Notes: generated from the sequence alone by a model not told the origin. A DNA stretch of 64,000 nt from an uncultured Roseobacter sp. (GCF_947493125.1 NZ_CANLQB010000008.1:115075-179074); one strand, 5' to 3'. Numbered from the stretch's first letter, positions 48,065 through 58,746 are shown. A program made the numbers and translations.

Positions 48065-50275
48065 TTGAGAGTGAGCCTGTTGCGCCTGCCGGAATTCTAC
48101 GACGAGGGCGGTCTGATCGCTGTGCTGACAACGCAGCCTCTGGGGCGGGCGCTGGACTATCGCGCGCCGGAAGGTGGCTGCCCTTTGGGCGCCTTCGTCG
48201 AGGTGCCGCTGGGCCCGCGCAAGGTGATTGGAGTGGTCTGGGGGCCGGGGCGCGGGGATTACGATCTGTCGAAGATCCGGGCGGTGTATCGGGTGCTGGA
48301 GGCAGCGCCGATGCGGGCGGAGATGCGCAGCTTTCTGGAGCGCGCGGCGGAGTACACGCTGACCCCGATGCCTGCGATGCTGCGGCTCGCTACGCGCGCG
48401 CCAGGGCTGGGCGATCCGCCGTCGATGCGCAAGATCTATCGTCGCGGGCCGTCGGACCCCGACAAGATGACAGCGGCGCGGCGCAAGGTGTTGGCGGCGC
48501 TGTCGGATTATGGGGACCTCTCGTTCACGCTGAAAGAGCTGGCCGAGATGGCGGGGGTCGGGACGTCTGTGGTGAAGGGCCTGGTGGCGCAGAATGCCGT
48601 GGTCGAGGAGGAAAGCCCGCGTGATCTGCCTTATCCCCGGCTTGATCCGTCGCTGCCCGGCAAGGCGCTGACGGAGGATCAGGCGGGGGGAGCGGCGCAA
48701 CTGGCAGAGGCGGTGCGGTCAGAGCGCTATGGCACCACGCTGCTGCGCGGAGTCACGGGCTCTGGCAAGACGGAAGTGTATCTGGAGGCGGTGGCAGCGG
48801 CGCTTGCCGCCGGGCGGCAGGCGCTGGTGCTCTTGCCCGAGATCGCGCTGACAGCGGAATTTTTGACCCGGGTGCAGGCGCGGTTTGGCGCAAAGCCCGC
48901 CGAGTGGCACTCGGGTGCGACGATGACCGAACGGCGGCGCATCTGGCGCATGGTCGGGCAGGGGGACGCGCAACTGGTGATCGGCGCGCGCTCGGCGCTG
49001 TTTCTGCCGTTCCGGAACCTCGGCCTGATCGTCGTCGATGAGGAGCATGACACCTCCTACAAGCAGGAGGAAGGAGTGCTCTATAATGCCCGCGATATGG
49101 CGGTGCTGCGGGCCTCGATCTGCGGCGCGCAGGTGGTGCTGGCCTCGGCGACGCCCTCTCTGGAAAGCTGGGCCAATGCGGAAGCGGGCAAGTACAAGCG
49201 GCTGGAGCTGACCGCGCGGTTCGGCCCGGCGGTCCTGCCCGAGATGCGGGCGATCGACATGCGGGCGGAGCAGCTGCCGTCGGATCGCTGGATTTCCGAG
49301 GTCTTGCAGCGTGAGGTGGAGGCGCGCCTGGACCGGGACGAACAGGCGCTTTTATTCATCAACCGGCGCGGCTATGCGCCGATCACACTCTGCCGGGCTT
49401 GTGGGCACCAGATTGGCTGTGATCATTGCGATGCGCGGATGGTGGAACATCGGTTTTTGAAGCGGCTCATGTGCCACCAATGCGGCGAGACGACGCCGAT
49501 GCCACAGGTATGTCCGGCTTGCGAGGTGGAGGGCAAACTGGCGGCGGTGGGTCCTGGTGTGGAGCGCTTGGGCGAGGAGGCGGCCGCGCTGTTTCCGGAG
49601 GCGCGGATCGCGACTCTGAGTTCGGACATGTACGGCTCGGCCCGCGCGCTGAAGGCCGAGATCGAAGGGATCGCCGACGGGGCGGCGGATGTGATCATCG
49701 GGACGCAGCTGGTGGCCAAGGGCCATAACTTTCCGAAACTGACGCTGGTGGGCGTGATCGATGCGGATCTCGGGCTGCAGGGCTCGGACCTGCGCGCGGC
49801 GGAGCGGACGTTCCAGCTGATGCGGCAGGTCGCGGGGCGCGCCGGGCGGGCCGAGGCGCCGGGTGCGGCGCTGATGCAGACCTATCAGCCGGAGCATCCG
49901 GTGATCCGCGCCATTCTGGCGGGTGACGAGGAGCGGTTCTGGGCGGCGGAGGCGCGCGAACGCGAGGCGGCGGGCGTGCCGCCTTACGGGCGCATGGCCG
50001 GGATCATCCTGAGCGGGACGGATGTGGCACAGGTGTTTGATGCGGGCAATCTGCTGGCGCGGCAGGATGGTCCTTTACGGGCTATCGGCGCGCAGGTGTT
50101 CGGCCCGGCGCCGGCGCCGATTGCGCGGGTGCGCGGACGGCATCGGGTGCGGCTGCTGGTCAAGGCGGAGAAGTCGGCGCCGCTGCAAAAGGCGCTGGCC
50201 CACTGGGTGGAGCAACTGCGACTGAAGGGCGATCTGCGGCTGGCGGTCGATATCGACCCGCAGAGTTTCTACTGA
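48065..50275 (+). CDS. priA: Primosomal protein N' (replication restart helicase PriA)
   Basis: Walker [16 protein letters not shown] box VVDEEHD, and the Cys-rich zinc region [15 protein letters not shown]...CHQCG...CPAC. TTG or GTG start. Confidence 0.9.
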   Translation: MRVSLLRLPEFYDEGGLIAVLTTQPLGRALDYRAPEGGCPLGAFVEVPLGPRKVIGVVWGPGRGDYDLSKIRAVYRVLEAAPMRAEMRSFLERAAEYTLTPMPAMLRLATRAPGLGDPPSMRKIYRRGPSDPDKMTAARRKVLAALSDYGDLSFTLKELAEMAGVGTSVVKGLVAQNAVVEEESPRDLPYPRLDPSLPGKALTEDQAGGAAQLAEAVRSERYGTTLLRGVTGSGKTEVYLEAVAAALAAGRQALVLLPEIALTAEFLTRVQARFGAKPAEWHSGATMTERRRIWRMVGQGDAQLVIGARSALFLPFRNLGLIVVDEEHDTSYKQEEGVLYNARDMAVLRASICGAQVVLASATPSLESWANAEAGKYKRLELTARFGPAVLPEMRAIDMRAEQLPSDRWISEVLQREVEARLDRDEQALLFINRRGYAPITLCRACGHQIGCDHCDARMVEHRFLKRLMCHQCGETTPMPQVCPACEVEGKLAAVGPGVERLGEEAAALFPEARIATLSSDMYGSARALKAEIEGIADGAADVIIGTQLVAKGHNFPKLTLVGVIDADLGLQGSDLRAAERTFQLMRQVAGRAGRAEAPGAALMQTYQPEHPVIRAILAGDEERFWAAEAREREAAGVPPYGRMAGIILSGTDVAQVFDAGNLLARQDGPLRAIGAQVFGPAPAPIARVRGRHRVRLLVKAEKSAPLQKALAHWVEQLRLKGDLRLAVDIDPQSFY

Positions 50276-50407
50276 GGCCCTTTTGGTCAACCCGTCTGCA
50301 GCGTCAGGAGATCTTTGCCGGTCAAAGGACTGAGGCTGAGGCAGGCGAACAGATGCTGTGCGCTATTGTGGCTCGCCAAGCTGGGTCAAAAAGCCTATGG
50401 GTCGATC

Positions 50408-51640
50408 ATGGCACAGATCGTTCCCCTTGCCGCCGCCAAGCGCCTGCCGCTGTGGCGGCGTCCCGTCGCGCTGCTCTTTCTGATGGCGCTGGCGATGCCG
50501 ATTGCCTTCAACACCTGGTCTGCGCTGCTCAACAACTTCGTCATCGAGGCAGCCAACTTCGACGGCGGCGACATCGGTTTGCTGCACACCGTGCGCGAGA
50601 TCCCCGGGTTTCTGGCCGTTGGGGTGATTGCGATCATCATCTTTGTCCGCGAACAGGTGCTGGCGCTGGTCTCGCTGGTGCTGCTGGGGGTGGCGACGGC
50701 GGTCACGGCCTGGTTCCCCTCGATGGGGGGCATCCTGATGATCACCATGCTGAGCTCGATCGGCTTTCACTATTACGAGACCGTGAACCAGTCGCTGCAG
50801 CTGCAATGGCTGAGCAAGGAGCGCGCGCCACAGATGCTGGGCTGGTTGCTGGCTGCGGGGTCGGGGGCGACGCTGGTGGCCTATCTGGTCATCATGCTGC
50901 TGTGGGACACGCTGCAGCTGACCTATAACACCGTCTATATGGCCGGTGGCGGGGTCACGGTGCTGATCGCGGTCTTTGCCATGCTCGCCTACCCGCAGTT
51001 CGAGGCGCCCAATCCACAGATTAAGAAGATGGTGCTGCGCCGGCGCTATTGGCTCTATTACGCGCTGCAATTCATGTCGGGCGCGCGGCGGCAGATCTTC
51101 GTGGTCTTTGCCGGGTTCATGATGGTCGAGAAATTCGGCTATCAGGTGCACGAGATCACGTTGCTCTACCTGATCAACCTGGTGATCAACATGCTGGTGG
51201 CGCCGCTGCTCGGGCGTGCGGTGGGCCATTTCGGGGAGCGCCGGACGCTGGGCTTTGAATACATCGGTCTGATCCTGGTGTTTCTGTCCTATGGCGGGGT
51301 CTATTACTTTGGCTGGGGCGTCGCGATTGCGGCGACGCTCTATGTGCTCGATCATATCTTCTTTGGTCTGGCGCTGGCGCTGAAGACCTATTTCCAGAAG
51401 ATCGCCGACCCGGGGGATATCGCGCCGACCGCAGCCGTGGCCTTCACCATCAATCACATCGCGGCGGTCTTCCTGCCGGTGCTGCTGGGGCTGTTGTGGT
51501 TGGCATCACCGGCGGCCGTTTTCTTTCTTGCCGCGGGGATGGCCGGGGTATCACTGGTTCTGGCGCTGATGATCCCGCGGCACCCAGAGAAGGGGCATGA
51601 GACCATCTTTGCCCGTCCGGTGGCTGCGCCCGCGGAATGA
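50408..51640 (+). CDS. MFS-type transporter
   Basis: About 410 aa with a 12-TM-like profile. Start set at MAQIVPLAAAK. Its stop overlaps the next start (ATGA). Confidence 0.7.
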   Translation: MAQIVPLAAAKRLPLWRRPVALLFLMALAMPIAFNTWSALLNNFVIEAANFDGGDIGLLHTVREIPGFLAVGVIAIIIFVREQVLALVSLVLLGVATAVTAWFPSMGGILMITMLSSIGFHYYETVNQSLQLQWLSKERAPQMLGWLLAAGSGATLVAYLVIMLLWDTLQLTYNTVYMAGGGVTVLIAVFAMLAYPQFEAPNPQIKKMVLRRRYWLYYALQFMSGARRQIFVVFAGFMMVEKFGYQVHEITLLYLINLVINMLVAPLLGRAVGHFGERRTLGFEYIGLILVFLSYGGVYYFGWGVAIAATLYVLDHIFFGLALALKTYFQKIADPGDIAPTAAVAFTINHIAAVFLPVLLGLLWLASPAAVFFLAAGMAGVSLVLALMIPRHPEKGHETIFARPVAAPAE

Positions 51641-53028
51641 GCGGCGGACGGTTCCTGACCGGGTCGACCATGGGCCATGTGGTGCGGATGACCGCCACAG
51701 GCGCGATGGGCATCACCTTCGTCTTCCTTGTCGATGCAGCCAACCTGCTGTGGATTTCACAGCTGGGCGATCCGTCGCTGGTGGCGGCCATCGGGTTTGC
51801 CTATGCGATTCAGTTCTTCTCGGTCTCCTCTGCCGTCGGGCTGATGATCGCGGCCACGGCGCTGATCTCGCGCAGTATCGGCGCGGGCAGGCGCGAGGTG
51901 GCGCAGCGCCAGGCAGGTGCTGCCATCGCGATTGCCGTGGCCGTTCAGGCGCTGCTGGCCACGCTCATCGTCATCTTTCGCCACGATCTGGTGGCGCTTG
52001 CGGGGGCGAGCGGCGAGACCGCGCGTCTGGCGGCGCGCTATCTGGCGATGACGATCCCCTCGCTGCCGTTCATGGCGGTGGGGATGGTTGCCTCCGGTGC
52101 CCTGCGGGCAGAGGGTCTGGGAGCGAAGGCGATGTATATCACGCTGCTGTCGGGATCGCTCCTGATGCTGGTCGATCCGGTGCTGATCCTGTGGATGGGC
52201 CTTGGCATTGATGGGGCGGCGATCGGTCTGGTCGCCTTTCGCCTTGCGCTGATGGGGCTGGGCCTCTTCTTCGCGGCCTACCAGCATCGGTTGATCGCGA
52301 TGCCCGATCTGACAATGGTACGGGAGGTGCTGCGCCCCTACATGATCGTCGCGCTGCCGGCCATCGCCACGCAGATGGCGACGCCGGCGGGCAACTACTT
52401 TCTCACCATCGTCATGGCACCGTTCGGCGATGATGCGGTGGCGGCCTGGGCGGTGGTCGGGCGTTTGACAGTGGTGGCCTTCGGCGGGATTTTCGCACTC
52501 TCGGGGGCCATCGGCGGGATTTTCGGGCAGAATTACGGCGCCGGGCAGTGCGACCGGTTGCGCAGCACCTATCGGGACGCGCTGATCTTTTGCGGGATCT
52601 ACACCGCTGTCACCTGGGGTGTGCTGCTTCTGGCCACGCCTTACGTGATTGCCGCCTTCGGGCTGAGCGGGCAGGGAGCGGAGGTGCTCTGGGCCTTCAG
52701 CACCGTCGGTGTGGGCGGGTTCATGTTCATTGGCGCGCTCTTTGTCTCGAACGCAGCCTTCAACAGCCTGGGCACGCCAGGCCGGTCGACCGTCGTGAAC
52801 TGGATCAAGGACGGTGCCTTGAGCTGGCCCGCCGCCGCAGCGCTCGCGAGCTTTTATGGCGCGCCGGGTGTCATCTATGGGCAGGCGGCAGCGGGGGCGC
52901 TGGTTGGCGGGCTCTCGGCGCTCTGGGGCTGGCGTTTCGTGCAGGGGCTGAGGCCCGTGCCGCCCGAGACGCTTGACCTTCCGCCGGCGCGGCCCTACCC
53001 GAACCCCGACCGCTACCGGAGACGCTGA
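51637..53028 (+). CDS. MATE family efflux transporter
   Basis: 463 aa with a 12-TM profile and MATE-like repeats. Coupled to the upstream MFS gene and the downstream prmA. Confidence 0.8.
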   Translation: MSGGRFLTGSTMGHVVRMTATGAMGITFVFLVDAANLLWISQLGDPSLVAAIGFAYAIQFFSVSSAVGLMIAATALISRSIGAGRREVAQRQAGAAIAIAVAVQALLATLIVIFRHDLVALAGASGETARLAARYLAMTIPSLPFMAVGMVASGALRAEGLGAKAMYITLLSGSLLMLVDPVLILWMGLGIDGAAIGLVAFRLALMGLGLFFAAYQHRLIAMPDLTMVREVLRPYMIVALPAIATQMATPAGNYFLTIVMAPFGDDAVAAWAVVGRLTVVAFGGIFALSGAIGGIFGQNYGAGQCDRLRSTYRDALIFCGIYTAVTWGVLLLATPYVIAAFGLSGQGAEVLWAFSTVGVGGFMFIGALFVSNAAFNSLGTPGRSTVVNWIKDGALSWPAAAALASFYGAPGVIYGQAAAGALVGGLSALWGWRFVQGLRPVPPETLDLPPARPYPNPDRYRRR

Positions 53029-53903
53029 TGCCCACCTACACCGCCCTGACGACCCTGCCCGGCAAAGCCGCTGCCGAAACACTGGGCGGCGCGATGGAGC
53101 GGCTCGACCCGGAACCGACCGGCGTGGGCGTCTTCGAAATGGAGGATGGCTCGGGGCTCTGGGAGGTGGGCGGCTATTTCACGGAGCCCCCCGATGAAAC
53201 CGCGCTGACCGTGTTGGCCGTGGCCATGGGAGCCAAGCCCTTTGTGATCTCGGAACTGCCCGAGACAGATTGGGTGGCGCATGTGCGACGGGAGTTGGTG
53301 CCGGTCGCGGCGGGCCGGTTCTTTGTTTACGGCAGCCACGATGCCGACAAGGTGCCGGACGGGGCCGAGCCGTTGCTGATTGAAGCCGCCATGGCCTTCG
53401 GCACCGGGCACCATGGCACCACGCTGGGCTGCCTGCGTGCGCTGGATCGCCTGGCCGAGCGCGGTGTCATCGGGCAGGCCGTGGCCGACATCGGGTGTGG
53501 CACTGCGGTGCTGGCCATGGCGGCGGCGCGCATCTGGCCCAAGCCGGTCCTGGCGAGTGATATTGACGAAGTCGCGGTGGAGGTCGCGCGCAGCAATGTG
53601 GCTGCCAATGGTCTGCAGGGGCGGGTGCGTTGCGTCGAGGCGGCGGGGTTCGACCATCCGGACCTGCAGGCCGCCAGTCCGTTCGACCTCGTCTTTGCGA
53701 ATATCCTGAAGGGCCCGCTGGTCGCGCTGGCGCCCGACATGGCGCGGCATCTGCAGCCGGGCGGGCGCGCCATTCTCTCCGGAGTGCTGAATGAGCAGGC
53801 GGAGGAGGTGGTTGCCGTCTATGCACGCCATGGCATCAATCTGGAGCATCGCGAAGAGATTGTTGATTGGACCACACTTACCCTGAGTAGAGAATTGCCT
53901 TAA
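53028..53903 (+). CDS. prmA: Ribosomal protein L11 methyltransferase
   Basis: AFGTGHHGTTLGCL motif and the SAM-binding DIGCGTAVLAMAAA. Confidence 0.85.
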   Translation: MPTYTALTTLPGKAAAETLGGAMERLDPEPTGVGVFEMEDGSGLWEVGGYFTEPPDETALTVLAVAMGAKPFVISELPETDWVAHVRRELVPVAAGRFFVYGSHDADKVPDGAEPLLIEAAMAFGTGHHGTTLGCLRALDRLAERGVIGQAVADIGCGTAVLAMAAARIWPKPVLASDIDEVAVEVARSNVAANGLQGRVRCVEAAGFDHPDLQAASPFDLVFANILKGPLVALAPDMARHLQPGGRAILSGVLNEQAEEVVAVYARHGINLEHREEIVDWTTLTLSRELP

Positions 53904-54002
53904 TTGCCTCATTTCCGCCATAATGAGACCGGTTATCTTGAATTTTAAGTGATTTATCAGCACATTTGAACGGATCGGTGGGGGCCTGATCTTCAGGAGA
54001 GT

Positions 54003-54347
54003 GTGGTGACCGATTACGCTCAATTTGAAAAACGGCGTGCCGTGCTGAGCGAGAAGCACAAGAGGATGGCGCGCGGCTATACGGCCCGGATTGGCCCGGA
54101 TGGGCTGATCACCGTTGCGCCGAAACGGCTTCGGCTGCCGATCCGACTGCGGGTGATTGTCTTTGCGGTGGTTGGTGCCCTGCTCTTCAAATCCCTGCTG
54201 ATCCTGTCGACCGGCCTGGCGACGTATGAGAGCCGTATCGAGGCGTTGCGCGGTGGACCTGCGCCGGAACGGGCGGCGGCCTGGGTCATGCAGCCCGATC
54301 TGATCTCGCGCGGTCTCGTGGAGATGATGATCAAGGCGCTGCCGTAA
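54003..54347 (+). CDS. Hypothetical single-TM protein
   Basis: GTG start preceded by AGGAGAG. One TM helix (VIVFAVVGALLFKSLLILSTGL). No family recognised. Confidence 0.45.
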   Translation: MVTDYAQFEKRRAVLSEKHKRMARGYTARIGPDGLITVAPKRLRLPIRLRVIVFAVVGALLFKSLLILSTGLATYESRIEALRGGPAPERAAAWVMQPDLISRGLVEMMIKALP

Positions 54348-54415
54348 TCTGTACGGGCAGGCAAGGCTCTGTCCGGGGTGTGTGAACGAACGCCCATCTG
54401 CTGGCGTTCACAGGT

Positions 54416-54453
54416 AAAAAACCGCGTCCCCTCGCAAGGAGACGCGGTTTTTC
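54416..54453. terminator. Bidirectional rho-independent terminator
   Basis: AAAAAACCGCGTC...GACGCGGTTTTT forms a stem flanked by an A-run and a T-run. It lies between the convergent 54003..54347 ORF and the DUF1127 gene. Confidence 0.85.
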
Positions 54454-54474
54454 GATGTCGCGTGAGTGGGCGGG

Positions 54475-54693
54475 TCAGCGGATGATGTTGCTGTCGGCGA
54501 CCGCGTCGATGTCCGAGCGGCTCAGACCAATATCCTCGAGCTCACGGTCGGTGAGTGCGGCAAGCGCGTTCCGGGTGACGCGTGCGTCGTTCCATGCGAT
54601 GACCGAGGCCACGGTTGCGCTGATCATGGTGAAGAAGCGGCTTGCAACGGATGCGGAGCCGTAGGTGGTGCGGGAAGTGTCAAAAGTAGCCAT
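54475..54693 (-). CDS. DUF1127 domain small protein
   Basis: 72 aa from MATFDTSR. The C-terminal LAALTDRELEDIGLSRSDI is the DUF1127 signature. Confidence 0.8.
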   Translation of the reverse strand: MATFDTSRTTYGSASVASRFFTMISATVASVIAWNDARVTRNALAALTDRELEDIGLSRSDIDAVADSNIIR

Positions 54694-54970
54694 TGAAGCC
54701 GTCCATTTATCAGAGGGTGAACCGGTCGTGCCGGTGTGTTGTGAGCCGCAGATATGAGCTGCCTGATTTTTGGGCAAGATGTGAAAACGCATGGTCGATA
54801 TGCGCCGGGCGCATGGGTTGAGACGTCGGTTAACGCATAGTAAATAAAAAGAAAATCAGTTTCACGAAGGGTCGAAAACAGACCGCGAAATGACGCATTT
54901 GATCCCGGTTTGCACCGCGAACGGCTTGGGAGGCCCGCGCGGTCGACCTCGCAGGAAGCCCTTGGCGGAT

Positions 54971-54985
54971 GTTCGCCTTTCGTGC
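54971..54985 (+). promoter_or_regulatory. Possible alphaproteobacterial LexA (SOS) box upstream of ruvC
   Basis: GTTC-gcctttc-GTGC is a 7/8 match to the direct-repeat GTTC-N7-GTTC consensus. It lies 41-55 nt upstream of the ruvC ATG. Confidence 0.3.
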
Positions 54986-55025
54986 TAATGCATAAAAAAC
55001 GATACAAAATTTACAGGCAGAGGCT

Positions 55026-55529
55026 ATGACGCGGATTATCGGCATAGATCCGGGGTTGCGGACCCTTGGTTGGGGGGTGATCGAGACGTCGGGGAATCGC
55101 CTCTCCCATATTGCAAATGGGCTCTGCCGGTCGAGCGGCGCTGATCTGGCGGCGCGTCTTCTTTCTCTTCATCGGCAATTGAGCGACATCGTGGCGCAAT
55201 TTGCGCCCGACCAGGCGGCGATCGAGCAGACCTTCGTGAACAAGGACGGTGCAGGGACGCTGAAGCTGGGCCAGGCGCGGGGGATCGCGATGCTGGTGCC
55301 GGCGCAGGCGGGGTTGCCGGTGGGTGAGTATGCGCCGAATTCGGTGAAGAAAACCGTCGTGGGCGTGGGGCACGCGGACAAGCGGCAGGTCTTGCACATG
55401 GTGCAGCTTCAACTGCCGGGCGCGGAGATCGCGGGGCCGGATGCGGCGGATGCGCTGGCGATTGCGATCTGCCATGCGCATCACGGCGCCGGCGCGCTGG
55501 GAGCTGCCATCGACAGGGCGCGCGCATGA
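55026..55529 (+). CDS. ruvC: Crossover junction endodeoxyribonuclease RuvC
   Basis: [19 protein letters not shown] and the conserved acidic residues. Overlaps the ruvA start (ATGA). Confidence 0.95.
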   Translation: MTRIIGIDPGLRTLGWGVIETSGNRLSHIANGLCRSSGADLAARLLSLHRQLSDIVAQFAPDQAAIEQTFVNKDGAGTLKLGQARGIAMLVPAQAGLPVGEYAPNSVKKTVVGVGHADKRQVLHMVQLQLPGAEIAGPDAADALAIAICHAHHGAGALGAAIDRARA

Positions 55530-56188
55530 TCGGCAAGATCACCGGCCGCATCGAGTACCGGGCCGCCGATCATGTGCTGATCGATGTGCGAGGTGTGGGC
55601 TATCTGGTCTATTGCTCGGATCGGACGCTGGCGGGTTTGCCGGGGGTGGGCGAAATCGTGGCGCTCTTCACCGATCTGGTGGTGCGCGAAGACCTGATGC
55701 AGCTGTTCGGCTTTCCCACACTGATGGAGAAGGAGTGGCACCGGCTGCTCACTTCGGTGCAGGGGGTGGGGGCCAAGGCCTCGCTCGCCATTTTGGGCAC
55801 GCTTGGGGCGGACGGGGTCAGCCGGGCAATTGCGCTTGGGGACTGGAATGCGGTGAAGGCGGCGAAGGGGGTAGGCCCCAAGATCGCGCAGCGCGTGGTG
55901 CTGGATCTGAAAGACAAGGCGCCGGGGGTCATGGCCATGGGCGGCACGGTCGCGGCGGTGACCGGGGGGAGGGCTGGCGCGGAGGTCATCGAGACCCCCG
56001 CGCCAGCGGCCCCTGCTGCGCAGGCGCCTGCCTCAGCTCAGGCCGATGCGCTCTCGGCTTTGGGCAATCTGGGCTACAGCCCCGGCGATGCTGCGGGTGC
56101 GGTCGCACAGGCGGCGGGGGATGCACCGGAGGCGGATGCGGCGACGCTGATCCGTGCGGCGTTGAAACTGCTGGCGCCCAAGGGTTAG
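55526..56188 (+). CDS. ruvA: Holliday junction branch migration complex subunit RuvA
   Basis: [11 protein letters not shown]...VGYLVYCS, HhH motifs ([32 protein letters not shown]). Confidence 0.95.
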   Translation: MIGKITGRIEYRAADHVLIDVRGVGYLVYCSDRTLAGLPGVGEIVALFTDLVVREDLMQLFGFPTLMEKEWHRLLTSVQGVGAKASLAILGTLGADGVSRAIALGDWNAVKAAKGVGPKIAQRVVLDLKDKAPGVMAMGGTVAAVTGGRAGAEVIETPAPAAPAAQAPASAQADALSALGNLGYSPGDAAGAVAQAAGDAPEADAATLIRAALKLLAPKG

Positions 56189-56215
56189 GGTGCGGCGCGT
56201 GTGGCAGGAGTGGCG

Positions 56216-57235
56216 ATGAGCGATGTTGACCCCACCGTGCGGGCGGACCCCCTGCCCGAGGATCAGGACCGGGCCTTGCGCCCACAGGTGCTGGATGAGT
56301 TTGTGGGGCAGGCGGAGGCGCGGGCCAATCTGCGGGTATTTATCCAATCGGCCCGCCAACGCGGTGAGGCGATGGATCACACGTTGTTTCATGGGCCACC
56401 GGGACTGGGCAAGACGACGCTGGCGCAGATCATGGCGCGCGAACTGGGCGTGGGGTTTCGCATGACCTCTGGGCCGGTGCTGGCCAAGGCGGGGGATCTG
56501 GCGGCGATCCTGACCAATCTGGAGCCGCGTGATGTGCTTTTCATTGATGAGATTCACCGGCTGAACCCGGCGGTGGAGGAGGTGCTTTATCCCGCGCTGG
56601 AGGACTTCGAGCTGGATCTCGTCATTGGCGAAGGGCCGGCGGCGCGCACGGTGCGGATCGAGTTGCAGCCCTTTACGCTGGTGGGCGCAACCACACGGAT
56701 GGGGTTGTTGACGACGCCCCTGCGGGACCGGTTTGGGATTCCGACACGGCTGCAATTCTACACGGAGGATGAGCTGTTCATCATCGTGGAGCGCAATGCA
56801 CGCAAGCTGGGCGCGCCTGCGGATGAGGGGGGCGCGCGGGAGATTGCGCGGCGGGCGCGGGGGACGCCGCGGATTGCGGGGCGGCTGTTGCGCCGGGTGG
56901 TGGATTTTGCCGTGGTGGACGGCGACGGGACGGTGACGCGCGATCTGGCGGATATGGCGCTGACGCGGCTTGGCGTGGATCATCTCGGGCTCGATGGCGC
57001 GGACCGGCGGTATCTGCTGTTGATGGCGGAGAACTATGGTGGCGGGCCGGTGGGCATCGAGACGTTGAGCGCGGCGCTGTCGGAGAGCCGGGATTCCCTT
57101 GAGGAGGTGATCGAGCCCTTCTTGCTGCAGCAGGGGCTTATCCAGCGCACGCCGCGCGGGCGGATGCTGGCGCAAAAGGGGTGGGCGCATCTGGGGCTCG
57201 AGGTGCCTCGAGGTCAGACGGATCTCTTTGAGTGA
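56216..57235 (+). CDS. ruvB: Holliday junction branch migration DNA helicase RuvB
   Basis: Walker [12 protein letters not shown], Walker [10 protein letters not shown], sensor and arginine region [14 protein letters not shown]. Confidence 0.95.
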   Translation: MSDVDPTVRADPLPEDQDRALRPQVLDEFVGQAEARANLRVFIQSARQRGEAMDHTLFHGPPGLGKTTLAQIMARELGVGFRMTSGPVLAKAGDLAAILTNLEPRDVLFIDEIHRLNPAVEEVLYPALEDFELDLVIGEGPAARTVRIELQPFTLVGATTRMGLLTTPLRDRFGIPTRLQFYTEDELFIIVERNARKLGAPADEGGAREIARRARGTPRIAGRLLRRVVDFAVVDGDGTVTRDLADMALTRLGVDHLGLDGADRRYLLLMAENYGGGPVGIETLSAALSESRDSLEEVIEPFLLQQGLIQRTPRGRMLAQKGWAHLGLEVPRGQTDLFE

Positions 57236-57265
57236 GGGCTCTGAATTTGGAGTATTTGTGGAAGA

Positions 57266-57895
57266 ATGAAGATGGACGCGGCTGAGGTCGAGGCGCTGTT
57301 CACGCGGGAGAGCGGAGCGTTTTCCTTTGCGCGTTGGGGGCGCCCGATTGCGCCGGTGGTCTTTGGGGTCAGCGACGAAACGCTGAGTGTGGTCAAGGGC
57401 GCGCTGGAGGCGGTGATGGTGCTGTCGGGCCACAAGATGGCCGAGACTGATCCGGAGCTGGGCAGCAACCTGATGGTGTTTTTCTTCTCCGACTGGGATG
57501 AGCTGCCGGAGGTGCCCGGCCTCGACCGGTTGATCCTCGATCTGCGGCCTTTGGTCGAGCGGCTGAAGGCGGCAGACGCGAACCAGTACCGGGTGTTTCA
57601 TTTCGATGCGGATGGGGCGATCAAGGCGTGCTTTGTCTTCCTGCGCATGGATGAGCACCTGAGTGCGGTGCCCGCGGAGACCTTGGCCCTGAGCCAGATC
57701 GTGCAGTCGGTGCTGCTCTGGTCCGACACGGCGTTCCGGGAGCGTTCGCCTCTGGCTGTGGCCGGCGACAAGACCATTCTGCGGCCGGAGATTTCCGCGC
57801 TCATTCGCGCGGCCTATGACCCGGTGATGCCCAATGCGGCGCAGGATGCGAGCCATGCGCTGCGGCTGGCAGCGCGGGTGGGGCAGATGCAATGA
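57266..57895 (+). CDS. Hypothetical cytoplasmic protein, 209 aa
   Basis: Host-like composition. It starts 30 nt after ruvB, and its stop overlaps the next start (ATGA). No family recognised. Confidence 0.6.
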   Translation: MKMDAAEVEALFTRESGAFSFARWGRPIAPVVFGVSDETLSVVKGALEAVMVLSGHKMAETDPELGSNLMVFFFSDWDELPEVPGLDRLILDLRPLVERLKAADANQYRVFHFDADGAIKACFVFLRMDEHLSAVPAETLALSQIVQSVLLWSDTAFRERSPLAVAGDKTILRPEISALIRAAYDPVMPNAAQDASHALRLAARVGQMQ

Positions 57896-58248
57896 GCCCG
57901 GAGATCTTCGGAGAGATGGCCCCGGAGACCTCGACCTACCAGGCCTTCAAGCTCTGGTTCGGGGCTCTCGTTCCGGTCAGCCGCACCGTTTTGCATGTGG
58001 TGCTGGGTGGCGTGCTCCTGGTGGCGGCTGCGCTGGTTCGGCCGCGTCGCCTGGCACCCCCGCGTGCGTTTGCTGCCGCGTTGCTGCTGGGGCTTGGGAT
58101 GGAGGCGCTGGATCGGCGCGACAATCTTGTGAATCTTGGTCTGTGGCGGGTTGGTGAGAGCGTCATGGATATCGCTCGGACGGTTGCGCTGCCGTGCGCG
58201 GCGATGGTGCTGATGCGCGTTTGGGGTGCGCGGGAGCGGGCAACATGA
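57892..58248 (+). CDS. Hypothetical membrane protein, 118 aa
   Basis: 2-3 hydrophobic helices (VLHVVLGGVLLVAAALV, AFAAALLLGLGM, VALPCAAMVLMRV). ATGA overlaps on both sides. Confidence 0.5.
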   Translation: MSPEIFGEMAPETSTYQAFKLWFGALVPVSRTVLHVVLGGVLLVAAALVRPRRLAPPRAFAAALLLGLGMEALDRRDNLVNLGLWRVGESVMDIARTVALPCAAMVLMRVWGARERAT

Positions 58249-58646
58249 GCACGCACCGCTTTCCCATTCGCGTCTATTATGAAGACACCGACATGGCGGG
58301 CATTGTCTATTACGCGAATTACCTGCGGTACATCGAGCGGGCGCGCAGCGACTGGGTGCGCGAGATCGGGATCGATCAGCTGGCGATGAAGGCCGAGGGC
58401 GTGGTGTTTGCCGTGCGGCGGGTGGAGGCGGACTATATCCAGCCGGCGCGGTTTGACGATTTGCTGGAGGTGGAGACGACGCTCAGCAAGCTCACACCTG
58501 CGCGCATGATCATGGTCCAGAAAGTGTTTCGTGGTGCGGAGATCCTCTTCGCGGCTGAGGTCACGATTGCCTGCATCGGGGCGCGCGGAAAGCCCGCGCG
58601 GCTTCCAGCAGAACTCCGCTTACTGTCCACACCCCCTGCGTCATGA
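58245..58646 (+). CDS. ybgC: Tol-Pal-associated acyl-CoA thioesterase
   Basis: Hot-dog 4HBT motif (RVYYEDTDMAGIVYYANYLRYIERAR). It sits upstream of tolQ. Confidence 0.85.
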   Translation: MSTHRFPIRVYYEDTDMAGIVYYANYLRYIERARSDWVREIGIDQLAMKAEGVVFAVRRVEADYIQPARFDDLLEVETTLSKLTPARMIMVQKVFRGAEILFAAEVTIACIGARGKPARLPAELRLLSTPPAS

Positions 58647-58746
58647 CAGCATAGTGATAGCAATCTGCAGTGTTCTTCGATAGAATCGCATGAAATCGAG
58701 GTCGGCCAAACGACCCGCGAGCGGTGAATAGTAAAGAGCAGGCATC

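Noticed and set aside
54348-54474. Possible Cuckoo/CcsR-type sRNAs downstream of the DUF1127 gene, as in Rhodobacter sphaeroides
   Set aside because: The hairpins present do not carry the C/U-rich CCUCCUCCC loop motif. The main one is flanked by A- and T-runs and is fully explained as a bidirectional terminator. The second (GAACGCC-N8-GGCGTTC) sits after the plus-strand ORF.
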